NCBI RefSeq assembly: GCF_001194135.2
Contig: NC_068985.1
Span: 14,829,562 to 14,868,965, forward strand
Source: Octopus bimaculoides
Lineage: Eukaryota
Length of the DNA stretch: 39,404 nucleotides
Direction: 5' to 3'
Shown here piece by piece: positions 23,280-35,453 of the stretch (within the stretch, counting starts at the first letter, position 1; each line of letters starts with the position of its first letter). The translations under genes and the position numbers were made by a program. The notes below the pieces were generated by a model. It was not told the DNA's origin. It ran no database searches and saw only the letters and a program-made list of their open reading frames with translations.

Positions 23280-23310
<31 letters not shown>
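23120..23310 (+). mobile_element. SINE family B head and body
   Basis: ggcacaggtatagctatgtgg..cagtcccactgtgcggcacattgcgcaagtg..gaagcccgtcg(ta)n. Confidence 0.75.
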
Positions 23311-23903
23311 NNNNNNNNNNNNNNNNNNNNNNNNNNNNNNNNNNNNNNNNNNNNNNNNNNNNNNNNNNNNNNNNNNNNNNNNNNNNNNNNNNNNNNNNNN
23401 NNNNNNNNNNTTCCATGGGTTCGCAGGTGAGATTTGAGGCCAGCCAAGGACAGACATGTAAAGAATAAAAAGTTTTGAATGGTACAACAATGCAATATAA
23501 TACTAAAAATGGACTATATACCTGTTGTAATTTAGTTATCCATAATCTGATAATAGCTCGGAATACAATTCCTTCTTCAGATATTCTTAGATGGAGTCAC
23601 TGCAATAATCTGTTTTCCAACGGCTTTTCTTTTTTCGGGTGCGTCTCAGCAGTGGTCATATGAATATATGAATATGTATATATACATTTATAGGTATGTA
23701 TGCATATATGCATTTATATGTCTATATGCATATGTATATATATATATATACATATATATGTATGTATATATGTTTATATATGTACGTAGATATACATGTG
23801 TATCTATATATATGTATGCATACGTATACCTATATGTATATGTATTTGTATACACTGATCTAACTGTAGGTATATATACATCTATAGAATATGTGTGTAC
23901 ATA

Positions 23904-24102
23904 CGAGAGGGTACTGAAAAGTTATTGGCTTTAACGGTGCCGCGATAGTGTCTCGAAGCTCTTTTACAGTGCTTAGAAAAACCGAAGGACCACTTCACTA
24001 AGTGGGTTGATCTGAGAAGGGAATGTGTTGAATAAAATCACATTTAACTGATCCTCCTGTATTTTCTTTTACTCAAAGCCAGGAACTTTCAGCATCCGCT
24101 CG
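23904..24102 (+). mobile_element. Mariner-derived MITE (199 bp)
   Basis: Imperfect TIRs cgagagggtactgaaaagttattggcttt / aaagccaggaactttcagcatccgctcg, flanked by TA. Retains the eroded transposase C-terminus. Confidence 0.8.
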
Positions 24103-24213
24103 TATATGCACATACATATACACATGTATTAAATATGTACATATATATTATTGTGTCTGGGGAGAGTCATTCTATTTTAGTGTCTTAATACTTAACATGT
24201 TCACCGGTTCGAT

Positions 24214-24319
24214 TTCCACTCATCTACTTATTTTTTCTAAAATTTTCGTTGCGTCTTGCAAATTGAAAAGGCTGCGAGACGCAACGAAAATTCTAGAAAA
24301 ATTAAGTAGATGAGTGGAA
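24214..24319. repeat. Near-perfect 47-bp-arm palindrome
   Basis: ttccactcatctactta..gcgtcttgca / 12-nt loop / tgcgagacgc..tagatgagtggaa; 3 mismatches. Confidence 0.9.
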
Positions 24320-25330
24320 CATATAGAATTTTATTCATATTTAGCAGAAGTAACAGCGTTGAAAGTGTCAACGCACGACACTCTCGGGCCTTGAGCCACT
24401 CTGATACTTCTAAATATTAATAAAAATATGCATGTACTCATATTTTTAGTTCTCTTTTTCTCGTTTGCACCAACATACCTGTATATATATATATATATAT
24501 GTGCATATATAAGCATATATTTACATGCATATAATTATACACTCGTATATATGCATATTATATATATCTATATCTATATATATATATATATATATGTATA
24601 ATAATATTAGGGACAAAATCCAAAATTACAGGTAAAAACTCAATTAAAATCAATTTATAAAAAATTAAAATTAAATTGAGCCTTATAGATAAAGTATATA
24701 TAAAATATATAGTTTTAGGGAAAATAACCAAATTTCAAGAACTCATCGATGAAAATCCACTATCACATATAGAAAAATTAATAATTAAAAGCACAATAAA
24801 TGAGTATAATATANNNNNNNNNNNNNNNNNNNNNNNNNNNNNNNNNNNNNNNNNNNNNNNNNNNNNNNNNNNNNNNNNNNNNNNNNNNNNNNNNNNNNNN
24901 NNNNNNNNNNNNNNNNNNNNNNNNNNNNNNNNNNNNNNNNNNNNNNNNNNNNNNNNNNNNNNNNNNNNNNNNNNNNNNNNNNNNNNNNNNNNNNNNNNNN
25001 NNNNNNNNNNNNNNNNNNNNNNNNNNNNNNNNNNNNNNNNNNNNNNNNNNNNNNNNNNNNNNNNNNNNNNNNNNNNNNNNNNNNNNNNNNNNNNNNNGCG
25101 ACTTATTTTGAAAATTATGAATAGCGTTTGTTTTATAAAAGGAATTTTTTTATCAAAAGACACTTTAATCTCTCAGAGCCCCGGTCATTTTTATTTATTT
25201 ATCTATTTTTTTTTTTACAAAACTTTAGACTTCCTTCGAAAGTATTTTGAGAAACCTGTTCTAAACATCAGCAATAATAACAAACAGCAACGCTAACAAC
25301 AACAACGTTGTTACGCCATCGCTACAGTCG

Positions 25331-25424
25331 CCGCCATCACCACAATCTCCACTACCACCGCCATCACCACAATCTCCACTACCACCGCCATCACCACAAT
25401 CTCCACTACCACCACCGCCATCAC
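25331..25424. repeat. 27-bp minisatellite x ~3.4
   Basis: Unit ccgccatcaccacaatctccactacca. Confidence 0.92.
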
Positions 25425-26547
25425 TAGTATTTAGTCAATCGGCGGCGTGATTTGAACACGAGAATCATTTATCAAAGTAATTGCCAACGAAGTATCCGCT
25501 TCGATGGTCTGACTGTAACTGAATATTTTGCACAGCCTAAATATTTGCGCATAATGTTTGTTACTATAGTGTTTAATCGTAGCTCATTTTCGATTACTTT
25601 ACGTGATTATCTTAGGTAAGCCAAACTTGCGTGGGATTCTGCTCCGGGCCGACTCACCTTGGTTACACCCGGTGATAACTATTGAGAGAATGTCAGTTAT
25701 AGTATTTTCCAAGATCCTTTACTTTTCAAAAAAAAAAAACATATTAAAAAATAGCGTATTTGAGAGAACAAAACATTCTTTTATGAGCAGTAGCTGTAGG
25801 TAGCGGTGCAGATAGTCAAGCCGGGCGCCCTCTTCACGATACAGTATTCGTAAAAATATTTACGGCATCGTCAAGTATCACAAAAGCTCACTGACTGAAC
25901 AGAAAGCTGTTTTCTTGCATGTGTTGAATATGTTGTTAAGTAGAGATAAGTAGTATGTACGCATTACGTACACTGACTGACACAACATACCACTTAAAAT
26001 ATAATTTCTATCGCAGGCACAAGGCCAGAAAAAATTTGGAGGGAAGAGGTGAGATGTTAACGATTAAATTGGCCTTCGGTACTTTTATTTTCTAGTTTAT
26101 ATATCTATATATTTATTTATTTTGATGTTTCTATTAGCGATAGAACCCGTGGTAAACGCCTTAGTGGCGCGTAGTATTTTAAGATGTCTGTTATATATAC
26201 ATATGAACGTAAGCAGTGTTCTGCACTTGATAAATTTTTATATACCCAACGATATTCTAATAGGGCCGGGGCTTGACAATTCGGGCCGCCGGTAGGTCAT
26301 ATCGTTCAACGAGAGTCGAACCTAGCCCACCGCATTACAATGTTGACAGTTCTCGCGGTGGCAACATGCCTTTTGAGCGAGGACTGACGGAGGTAGGGAT
26401 ATTGATTACAGACTGCTGTTGATAAGATACGAACCGCTAACCGCTCGGCTAGATGCTCGATAGTTTTATCCACTTGTCCGTCTCTGTTTACTATTTGTAA
26501 ATAATACAAGAATTTTACGCAACAAAATATAGGCAAAAAGAAGTTTA

Positions 26548-26810
<263 letters not shown>

Positions 26811-27559
26811 ATTTAAACAGGCAACTTTCAATTACTTTATAAGTTGGAACCTACCGAAATGTTTCTCCGACTAGCTTAAATCGCGGGTCGACGTAGCCGC
26901 CCACAAACTGAGGTAGATTCCGGTACCGACAAAATTCAAAATAATACCAATAAATAGCTATTATAGCAAAGAAAAAAGCTCCGTTGACGGGAAACTTCAT
27001 GATTCACCTAGATAATATTTTGATTTGAATGTTCCTGGCGCACGAATGTAAATATAGGCTTTTGCTCTGCTTGAAATCCGGTCTACCTATAAAAAAAAAA
27101 TACGAAGGAAGAAAACAGATAAAATAGGAACAAAAGCTTCCTCTACATTTCTCAACATGTATTTCAGGTCAGACTTGCATATTATATAAACATTTAACCT
27201 CATTTGTTCGGATCTACTGACTTATAAATTTACACTTTACTTACGATTTCAACCCGTTCGACTTCAGCAATTCAAAACATCAACATTGCTGTTATTTATT
27301 AGTTTATTTCATTTTTATCGTAAAGCGTCACTGGTTACATACAGCTTTTAAGAAGGAATCGTGCCCGTACCGATTTTGTGAAACCCAGCTTCAGAAGATA
27401 GGAGCTGAGAGCCGTTAGTTTCTGTTTTACCTTTAAGGGATACAGGTACAGATTCTTATGCTATAATGCGTCGGGAATGTCTGCAAATTTCTCATTAGTC
27501 TGGTATAAATATTTTCTGTAAGTTTCTCTTTTTTATCTTCTTTCAATAATCTCTAGCAT

Positions 27560-28035
27560 TATAACTCTTTTACTCTTCTACATGTTTCTGTCATTGGACT
27601 GCGGCCATGCTGGGGTACCGCATTTGAAGGGATTTTAGTCGAACAAATCACCCCCAGTATTTATTATTTATATTATTTTTTATTCATTATTTGTTTTAAC
27701 CGTTCAAATTCCACCGAGGTCGACTTTGCCCCGGTGTCAAGAAATTAAGTACAAGTTGTGTACTCGGGTCGATTTAATCGACTGCCCACCCCCGCCCCAG
27801 AATTTCAGGCCTTGTGCCTAGAGTAGAAAAGATTATTTATTTTAACCTGGTACTCATTCTGTTGTTCCCGTTTTACCGGACCGCTAACTTGCGGGGATGT
27901 AAGCAAACCAACACCGATTATTAAGCGGTGGTGGCGGACAAACACAAAGAAACACACACATAGATATATACACCTATATACGACGGGTTTCTTTCAGTTT
28001 CCGTCTATGTAATCCACTCACAAGGCTGTGGTCGG
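27560..28035 (-). mobile_element. SINE family B interrupted by a family A fragment (~27700-27835, +)
   Basis: The family B tail resumes at ctggtactcattc after the ttcaaattccaccgaggtcgac..ggccttgtgcc insert. Confidence 0.75.
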
Positions 28036-28246
28036 CATCCATCCGTCCATCCATCCGTCTATCTATCCATCAATTCATCCATCCAGCTATAGACACATAC
28101 GTACATGCAAGTCTCTTCTTAATTTCAAAATGTTATGTTGCTTTTGTTATCGACATTCCAAAGATGGAAATTTGTGTCTTCATTGGAAACTGATTTATTC
28201 CTTATAGGAAAAACTTAAAATGATTAAAAATAGAATACATACATTT

Positions 28247-28502
28247 CAGTGGGAGATCCAGGATTTTTTAATGGGTGTTGCCCAAAAGATTTTAGGTGTT
28301 GCCCAAAGGTTTTTGGGGTGTTGCATTCTAGTGAGCAGGTCGGGCAACACCTAGTAGGTCCGGCAACTGTTATTCTAGTAAGGGTCGACTCTCTTTTCCT
28401 TGACTGTTGCCCGAAAAACCTCGGTCCCAATTTTGTGGTGTCTGCTCGACTAAAAAGAGTGTTGCCCGGGCAACTAGGACAACACCCCTGCACCCGTCAC
28501 TG
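28247..28502. mobile_element. MITE with CAGTG..CACTG ends and internal TGTTGCCC/GGGCAACA repeats (hAT-like)
   Basis: cagtgggagatccagg versus cccctgcacccgtcactg; no clean TSD. Confidence 0.5.
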
Positions 28503-28534
28503 TATTACATACATACATACATACATACATACAT

Positions 28535-28970
28535 GAACTATTGAGTAATCTGCAGTTACTCTATCCAGATTACAAGTTCAGGTTTATACCTGTAATTATT
28601 GGGGCCCTGGGATATGTAACACACTGCCTAAATACTAATCTTGAGAAATTAGGCTTCTCAAAACCAGAAAGGAGAAAACTAATTCGAAGACTACAGATCC
28701 AATCCATTACTGGAACTGTAAAAATCTGTAAAACTTTCCAGAATTTTATCATTTAGATATACATGAGCATGTCTAGATATGTAATTATATGCATGAGAAT
28801 GCATACATAAAACATACAAATCTGCATATATACATATATACATACATACATACATACAAACAAAAATATCCAATTATTGATGTTGAAATTCCAATGAAGG
28901 AACCTTGGAACTAGGCTAGAAACTGGTTCTTTCTCTATTGACAAGGAATCTTGAAATAAACTTAATAATG
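28535..28970 (+). mobile_element. 5'-truncated RLE-type non-LTR retrotransposon (R4/Dong-like) 3' end
   Basis: ELLSNLQLLYPDYKFRFIPVIIGALGYV..LEKLG..LQIQSITGTVKICKTF* (to 28756), a post-RLE C-terminus with IPVIIGALG. 3'UTR follows. Bounded by (CATA)n. Confidence 0.75.
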
Positions 28971-29237
28971 ACATACATATATTCGTGCACGCATACATTC
29001 ACACATACATACATACTATTCACCTATGAGGTAAGCGATGAGTCAGACGCTATACAATGCAAAAAGACTGTGCTGATTATAAACATATAAAAAGTCACAT
29101 TGATATTGCAATACATACTCACCCAAAATATAAAAGAATATTGTTGAACTATTCCTTTTAAAATTTGTTAGCATAAAAAATACGAGACATAATTATTTGG
29201 GATCAGATTTGTATGTATGTATGTATGTATGTATGTA

Positions 29238-30970
29238 TTATGCAAGGCTGGCCCTAGGGTTGCTGGCCCCATTAGCAACATTTTTGTGAGGTGAATGAGA
29301 GATTCTGCTTGGTTACGCTCTTTGCATGTCATTCCTGAGATTATGTGGCTTTCGGCCCTTTTGATACCGGACAAGTTGAAGTCACCCATCAGAAATATAT
29401 CAACGCTTTGATCCAGTCTTTTTAGAACTTCTTTTATCATTGCAAAACTTCCCTCAAATTTACTACCTTGATTTGAGCTACCAGGCAGACGATAAAGTGT
29501 GTATATTACCACACCAAGTTGCTTTAAATGCACTACAAGTGTGTCACAGACTGAGTTTGAGTGTGACAACAGAGTTAATGGTATGACGTCTTCACAGATG
29601 TATGGAATACAGCAGATATTGGTATGTGTATCGCTACGTCATTTATATCTGCAGAGAGATGTGTCTCCGTAAGTGCAGTGCATATCGTTTGATTGCATGC
29701 AGAAAGATCCTTGAGGTATGCAATTTTTGATTGTTGTTGCTTCGTAGGAGGCCTTTTATATTCATTAAAAGAATTAGTGTGATTGTCGGGTTTGCAGCAA
29801 TGGTGGCATTCCTGGGTCAGTTATTTGTGACGCTCTTGTATGTGGGTGTACGTGTCATAGTTGTGTGTGCAACCATGCCGGCTGCTGCAGCATCTTTTGT
29901 GCCACATTCAGAAAATGTTGTTCTATGATTACAGCTCGCACTACATCCGCATACAGTTCTTTTGGTCTTTGTTGTAGGCCTGTAGTGTGGTAAGAGTTCC
30001 TACGGGTATGGCTTTGTCCTACCTTGTTGACGGTGTATTTTGCCATGTGTACCATTCTGCCTGAGCTTTGGATGTGTAAAGTGGCAGTTCGTTCCCATCT
30101 CACCATACCAGCAGATACCTTTATCATGGAATTTACAAATGGCGCGTGCTTCTTCTAACGTCTTGTTTCTATTTCTCTTCTTTTTTTTACTTCTTGATAC
30201 TCTTTTGATACTGGGCGCGCTTTCAACAGGCTTCACAGTTCCTTTACCTTTCTCGTAGTTTTAAGATGTGGTGCTGGGACTGCTTTTCTTGGAGGGTTTG
30301 GGTCTCTTTCTTCTTCAATTCCTCCATCTCCATGAATTTGGGTATCTTCGTTCAGATGGCCTTTTTATGCCTTTCTTATTGGGTCGTCTACTCGCGGGTC
30401 CAGTGTTGGAACTGTTCTCTGTATCAGGTACTTTACCTCAGGATTCCCCATTTTAAAAATTAGTGATTAAAGGTACGTTTCTGACAGGTACGTCATTAAA
30501 GGTGCGTTGCTGACAGGTTTACTTAATTAAAGGTACGTTACCGACAGCTTTACTTAATTGGTCTATTAATCAGTTGAGGTAAGTTGGACGACCTAAAAAA
30601 TTAATGCTACTTTCTTTAGAGCCATGGTGCTGACGAAAATAGCATTAATTTTTCTCTCAACTGATCAATAGACCAATTGAGTAAACCTATCAGTAACGAA
30701 CCTATAATGACTACTGGAAACAGCTGCAAGCCAAATTTGCTCTAATAAAAGAAAAATATGTCATGACCATTATTTATGCCTTCTCTTGTATATCACTCTG
30801 TGTAATAAACCAGTTTAAGTGGAGCCCAACCACAGATTTACAATAGAGAATTGTGATGAACCATAACCTTGGACCCTGCCATAAGAATACTTGGACTTCT
30901 TCACTAAACTAAGCAATATTGAGAGCTTATGAAGTATTGAGTCCAGATTTATAATCCCTCACTATTAACT
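29238..30970 (-). mobile_element. CR1-like LINE derivative: 5' region, CCCH-ZnF ORF1, APE N-half, no RT
   Basis: CKFHDKGICWYGEMGTNCHFTH (30137->30072); LMNIKG..ALTETHL; VIYTLYRLPGS..FLMGDFNL. (TATG)n lies at both ends. Confidence 0.8.
30461..30713. mobile_element. TA-ended foldback MITE within the CR1 5' region
   Basis: ~51-bp IR 30527-30578 / 30656-30706, an inner IR aaaaattaatgcta/tagcattaattttt, and a left arm with 3 tandem ~30-bp units. Confidence 0.65.
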
Positions 30971-30992
30971 ATGTATGTATGTATGTATACAT

Positions 30993-31145
30993 TAGCGTAG
31001 CTGGGGGGCGTAGTGCTATCCGCCCAGGGTGGAACTGTTAAAGGGGCGGCACTTTTGGATCTTCCGTAGGCAATATGTGTTTTTTGTGGGGTCCGGAGGC
31101 GGCAAACGAAAGGGCCAACCCGGGCGGTACACTCTAGCTACGCTA
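30993..31145. mobile_element. Small MITE (TAGCGTAGCT TIRs)
   Basis: 10-bp TIR plus inner ccgcccagggt/acccgggcgg; no TSD seen. Confidence 0.5.
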
Positions 31146-31204
31146 GTGTATGTGTGCGTGTATATATATATATATGCGCACACACACACACACACACACA
31201 CACC

Positions 31205-31572
31205 GTCGACTGCGACGACAAGGGTTCTAGTTGATACGATTAACGGAGTAGCCTGCTCGTGAAATTAACGTGCAAGTGGCTGAGCACTCCACAGACACGT
31301 GTACCCTTAACGTAGTTCTCGGGGGAAATTCAGCGTGACACAGAGTGTGACAAGGCTGGCTCTTAGAAATAGAGGTACAACAGAAACAAGAAGAAAGAGT
31401 GAAAGAAAGTTGTGGTGAAAGAGTACAGCAGGGTTCGCCACCATCCCCTGCCGGAGTCTCGTAGAGCTTTAAGTGGTTTCGCTCAATAAACACTTCCGGT
31501 CTGGGAATCGAAACCACGATCCTACGACCACGAGTCCGCTGCCCAAACCACTGGACCATTGCGCCTCCACTA
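31205..31572 (-). mobile_element. SINE family C
   Basis: Reverse complement of 9413-9792. Confidence 0.9.
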
Positions 31573-31607
31573 TACACACACACATATGCATCTGCGTGTG
31601 TGTGTGT

Positions 31608-31870
31608 GTGAAGGCACGTGGCTTAGTGGTTAAGCTTTTGCACACGCGATCGCTAGATCGTGAGTTCGATTCCCTGACCGGGTAACGCGTTGTTTTCTTG
31701 AGCAAAGCACTTCATTTCACGTTGTTCCAATCCCTGTTTCGATTAGTAGGGAATGTTGGCCTACTCGCCTAGCCACCAAAGTGGCGTCATTCGAAGGTTA
31801 AAACGATGCAAAGTGCATGGTAACCAGCGATGCGTAACTACATCTGATAATGTGATCAGTCAAGTGATCA
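31608..31870 (+). mobile_element. SINE family D-like
   Basis: gaaggcacgtggcttagtggttaag..gagttcgattccc..ttcttgagcaaagcacttcatttcacg. Confidence 0.8.
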
Positions 31871-32071
31871 CGTGGTGTGTGTGTGTATGTCTTTGTCCAT
31901 CCCTATCCCCATCGCTTGACATTCGGTGTTGATTTGTTTACATCTTAACTCAGTGGTTCGGTAAAAGGAACCGGTAGAATGAGTACCAGACTTTAAAAGA
32001 TAATAATGATGATAATAATAATAATAATAATAATAATAATTATTATAATAATAATTATAGTAATAATAATA

Positions 32072-32450
32072 AGGCGCAGGAGTTGCTGTGTGGTAAGTAG
32101 CTTGCTTACCAACCACATGGTTCTGAGTTCAGTCCCACTGCGTGACACCCTGGGCAAGTGTCTTCTACTATAGCCTCGGGCCGACCAAAGCCTTGTGAGT
32201 GAATTTAGTCGACGGAAACTGAAAGAAGCGATGCTGGTGTGTTTACGTCCTCGTAACTTAGCGGTTCGACAAAAAAATAAGTCCTGGGGTCGATTTGCTC
32301 GACTAAAGGCAGTGCTCCAGCACGGCTGCAGTCAAATGACTGAAACAAATAAAAGAATAAAAAGTACTCTAGTCGATTTGTTCAACTAGACTCTTCACAT
32401 CGGTACCCCAGCATGGCCGCAGTCCAATAACTGAAACGAGTAAGAGATGA
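32072..32450 (+). mobile_element. SINE family B with duplicated tail
   Basis: aggcgcaggagttgctgtgtggtaagtagc head after (TAA)n at ~32003-32071. Confidence 0.88.
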
Positions 32451-32552
32451 AAAATTATGCCTTTGATTACAGGAAAAGAACATCTATGCTGCAGTTATGA
32501 TGAATCTGCTGATACTCCACTAAGACCCTTTTAGGTTTAAATCTGTAATAGG

Positions 32553-32808
32553 GGCAGGCGTGGCTGTGTGGTAAGAAGCTCGCTTCAAAACTGCATGGTT
32601 CCAGGTTCAGTCCCAGTGCATGGCACCTTGACAAAAGTCTTCTCCTATTGCCTCGGGCCGAGAAAAGCCCGTCGTATTATATATTATATATATGGCTGTG
32701 TGGTAAGAAGCTTGCTTCAAAACCACATGGTTCTGGGTTCAGTCCTAGTGCATGGCACCTTGACAAAAGTCTTCTCCTATAGCCTCGGGCCGAGAGAAGC
32801 CCGTCGTA

Positions 32809-32840
<32 letters not shown>
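32553..32840 (+). repeat. Tandem 132-bp duplication of a deleted SINE B head
   Basis: Units start at 32561 and 32693 and share private changes (ttgacaaaagtcttctcct) and the same internal deletion. Confidence 0.88.
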
Positions 32841-33611
32841 NNNNNNNNNNNNNNNNNNNNNNNNNNNNNNNNNNNNNNNNNNNNNNNNNNNNNNNNNNNN
32901 NNNNNNNNNNNNNNNNNNNNNNNNNNNNNNNNNNNNNNNNNNNNNNNNNNNNNNNNNNNNNNNNNNNNNNNNNNNNNNNNNNNNNNNNNNNNNNNNNNNN
33001 NNNNNNNNNNNNNNNNNNNNNNNNNNNNNNNNNNNNNNNNNNNNNNNNNNNNNNNNNNNNNNNNNNNNNNNNNNNNNNNNNNNNNNNNNNNNNNNNNNNN
33101 NNNNNNNNNNNNNNNNNNNNNNNNNNNNNNNNNNNNNNNNNNNNNNNNNNNNNNNNNNNNNNNNNNNNNNNNNNNNNNNNNNNNNNNNNNNNNNNNNNNN
33201 NNNNNNNNNNNNNNNNNNNNNNNNNNNNNNNNNNNNNNNNNNNNNNNNNNNNNNNNNNNNNNNNNNNNNNNNNNNNNNNNNNNNNNNNNNNNNNNNNNNN
33301 NNNNNNNNNNNNNNNNNNNNNNNNNNNNNNNNNNNNNNNNNNNNNNNNNNNNNNNNNNNNNNNNNNNNNNNNNNNNNCTGGGATCGATTCTTTCGACAAA
33401 ATCTCTTCAAGGCAGTGCCCCAGCACGGTCGCAGTATAATGACTGAAACAAGTAAAAGATATTTGGACATTTAGACATGTAATTAGAGTGCTTCAACTAT
33501 AATCTTGAGCAGTTAGCCTTGAACAGTTAGGCTAATTAAGAAATTACAATTATAAACCATTAACTAAACCAAGATAAATTTACAAAACATTCTGGAAGCG
33601 AGGCCTGTAGT

Positions 33612-33650
<39 letters not shown>

Positions 33651-33744
33651 CAGTGTGGCCCACCTATTGATAAACGATGTCTCCTGCGGCCCGCTTCTCG
33701 AAAAGGGTTGTCCACGACTGGTATAATGACTGCTACTCATTAAT

Positions 33745-33955
33745 CATTGGCAGAATCGTTACAACGTCGAACAAATGGCCTGCAATATTTTTTCTCACAC
33801 TTTATTTTCTGAGTTCAGTTCCCGCCGAGGTCAACTTTGTCTTTCATCCCTCCGGGGGCCGATAAAACAAAGTACCACTCAAGTACAGAGGCCCATAGTA
33901 TCAACTAAACTCCCCTCAAAATTCTTGGCCTTGTGCCTAAATAGGAGATTATTAA
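33745..33955 (+). mobile_element. SINE family A (diverged)
   Basis: tggcagaatcgttac..ttctgagttcag..ggccttgtgcct. Confidence 0.8.
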
Positions 33956-34820
33956 TACAGGCCGAGTAGGAGAGGGGCGGAAAATACAAAAACCAGTTAT
34001 CTTTCGATAAATATAAAATGTAAAAAATGCAAAGGAGCGAGATTTATTTATTTTATTTATTTGTTTGTTTGTTTATATTTAGAAGATCGTAGTAGTAAAC
34101 TAACAGCGAAATTAAACTGGTAAATAACACGTGGATTCCTACTCTGTATATCGAGGCAAAACAGGAAATGGGTATCAGTAACTGCAAGCTGCATCACTTT
34201 TCTTGAATATAATGAAGACCTGTACCGCTCTACCAAAAGGCTAGACAAATATCATACGATCTGTAATATGAAGGCTAGACAAGATCCCACGATCTGTAAC
34301 ATTTACTAGGATGTCAAATATTTTACATTTCTGTATGAAGTAATTGTGCCAGTAAGCTACTTGCGTTGTAAAGGTGAAATATGGTATAGCGGTAATGTAA
34401 CATATCAACTATTTGAAATGCACAGCATGTAACAGTTTCAACAACCCAGTAGATTCTGCTCTTGAGAGAATTGTTAAAAACATAAACCATGATCAAAACA
34501 AAACTGATAACAATAACACAGAGATATGACTACCTGTATTACACGAAAACATTTAAGAACAAACTGACGTGAAAAATACAAACTGCTCAAAACACAGTTC
34601 GTAGGAAGATTTAAGCAGAAATTAACTATTTTACATCAACCAGGCACGAAATAAGTAGTTCGGAAAAGTCTTACTTTTACTTTATTCATTTTCTTCTAGT
34701 TTCAGTTTTATTTAAAAATCTAACAACTTCGTATTATTCCAACGTGAAACAGTGTATGATTCAAAACGGTAGTGTATAGTACTTGCACAATTTAGCAATT
34801 ACTGTACAGAAGGTAGTGTT

Positions 34821-35050
34821 ATTTCTTTACTATCCACAAGGGGCTACACACAGAGGGGGCGAACAAGGACAGACAAACGAATTAAGTCGATTATATCGAC
34901 CCAGTGCGTAACTGATACTTATTTAATCGACCCTGAAAGGATGAAAGGCAAAGTCGACCTCGGCGGAATTTGAACTCAGAACGTAGCAGTAGATGAAATA
35001 CTGATAAACATTTCGCCCGGCGCGCTAACGTTTCTGCCAGCTCGCCACCT
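34821..35050 (-). mobile_element. SINE family A with 18-bp TSD
   Basis: tgtacagaaggtagtgtt (34803-34820) versus tgtaccaaaggcagtgtt (35051-35068). Confidence 0.9.
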
Positions 35051-35453
35051 TGTACCAAAGGCAGTGTTGTATACAGAGACTTAGCGAGTAAGACGAAGTT
35101 CTTTTGGTGACACTAAATTTTGGATGTGGTTTAGTCTTTGACAGAGCCCGCCATATATCTCAACCTGGAATAAATTGGTTTCTATTCTTGGACCAGATAC
35201 GGTATACTGTCGAGAGCTTAAGTTCTCGGACATCAGTGACTGAAGAATGTTTTCCTTGTTGAGAGTAACTCAACCCGTTAATCTCTCGGCAGATATCTAA
35301 TAGATAAGCTTAATGTCAGATGGCTTTCTCCTCAAAAATTGCCAGTGTTTAGCAAGAAATTCCGTTCTTTCTAATTGCAGATATGTGTGTGTGTGTGTGT
35401 GTATAGATAGATAGATAGATAGATGTGTGTTTGTGTGTGTGTGTGTATATATA

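Noticed and set aside
24600-25190. Penelope-like remnant around a gap
   Set aside because: The resemblance is only suggestive, the DNA is AT-rich and split by Ns, and the evidence is not enough to call a feature.
25331-25424. CRISPR-like array (also the 32561 duplication)
   Set aside because: There are no unique spacers and no cas genes, and the context is eukaryotic.
26260-26345. HDV-like ribozyme
   Set aside because: I could not assemble the P1/P2/P3/P1.1 pairings on either strand.
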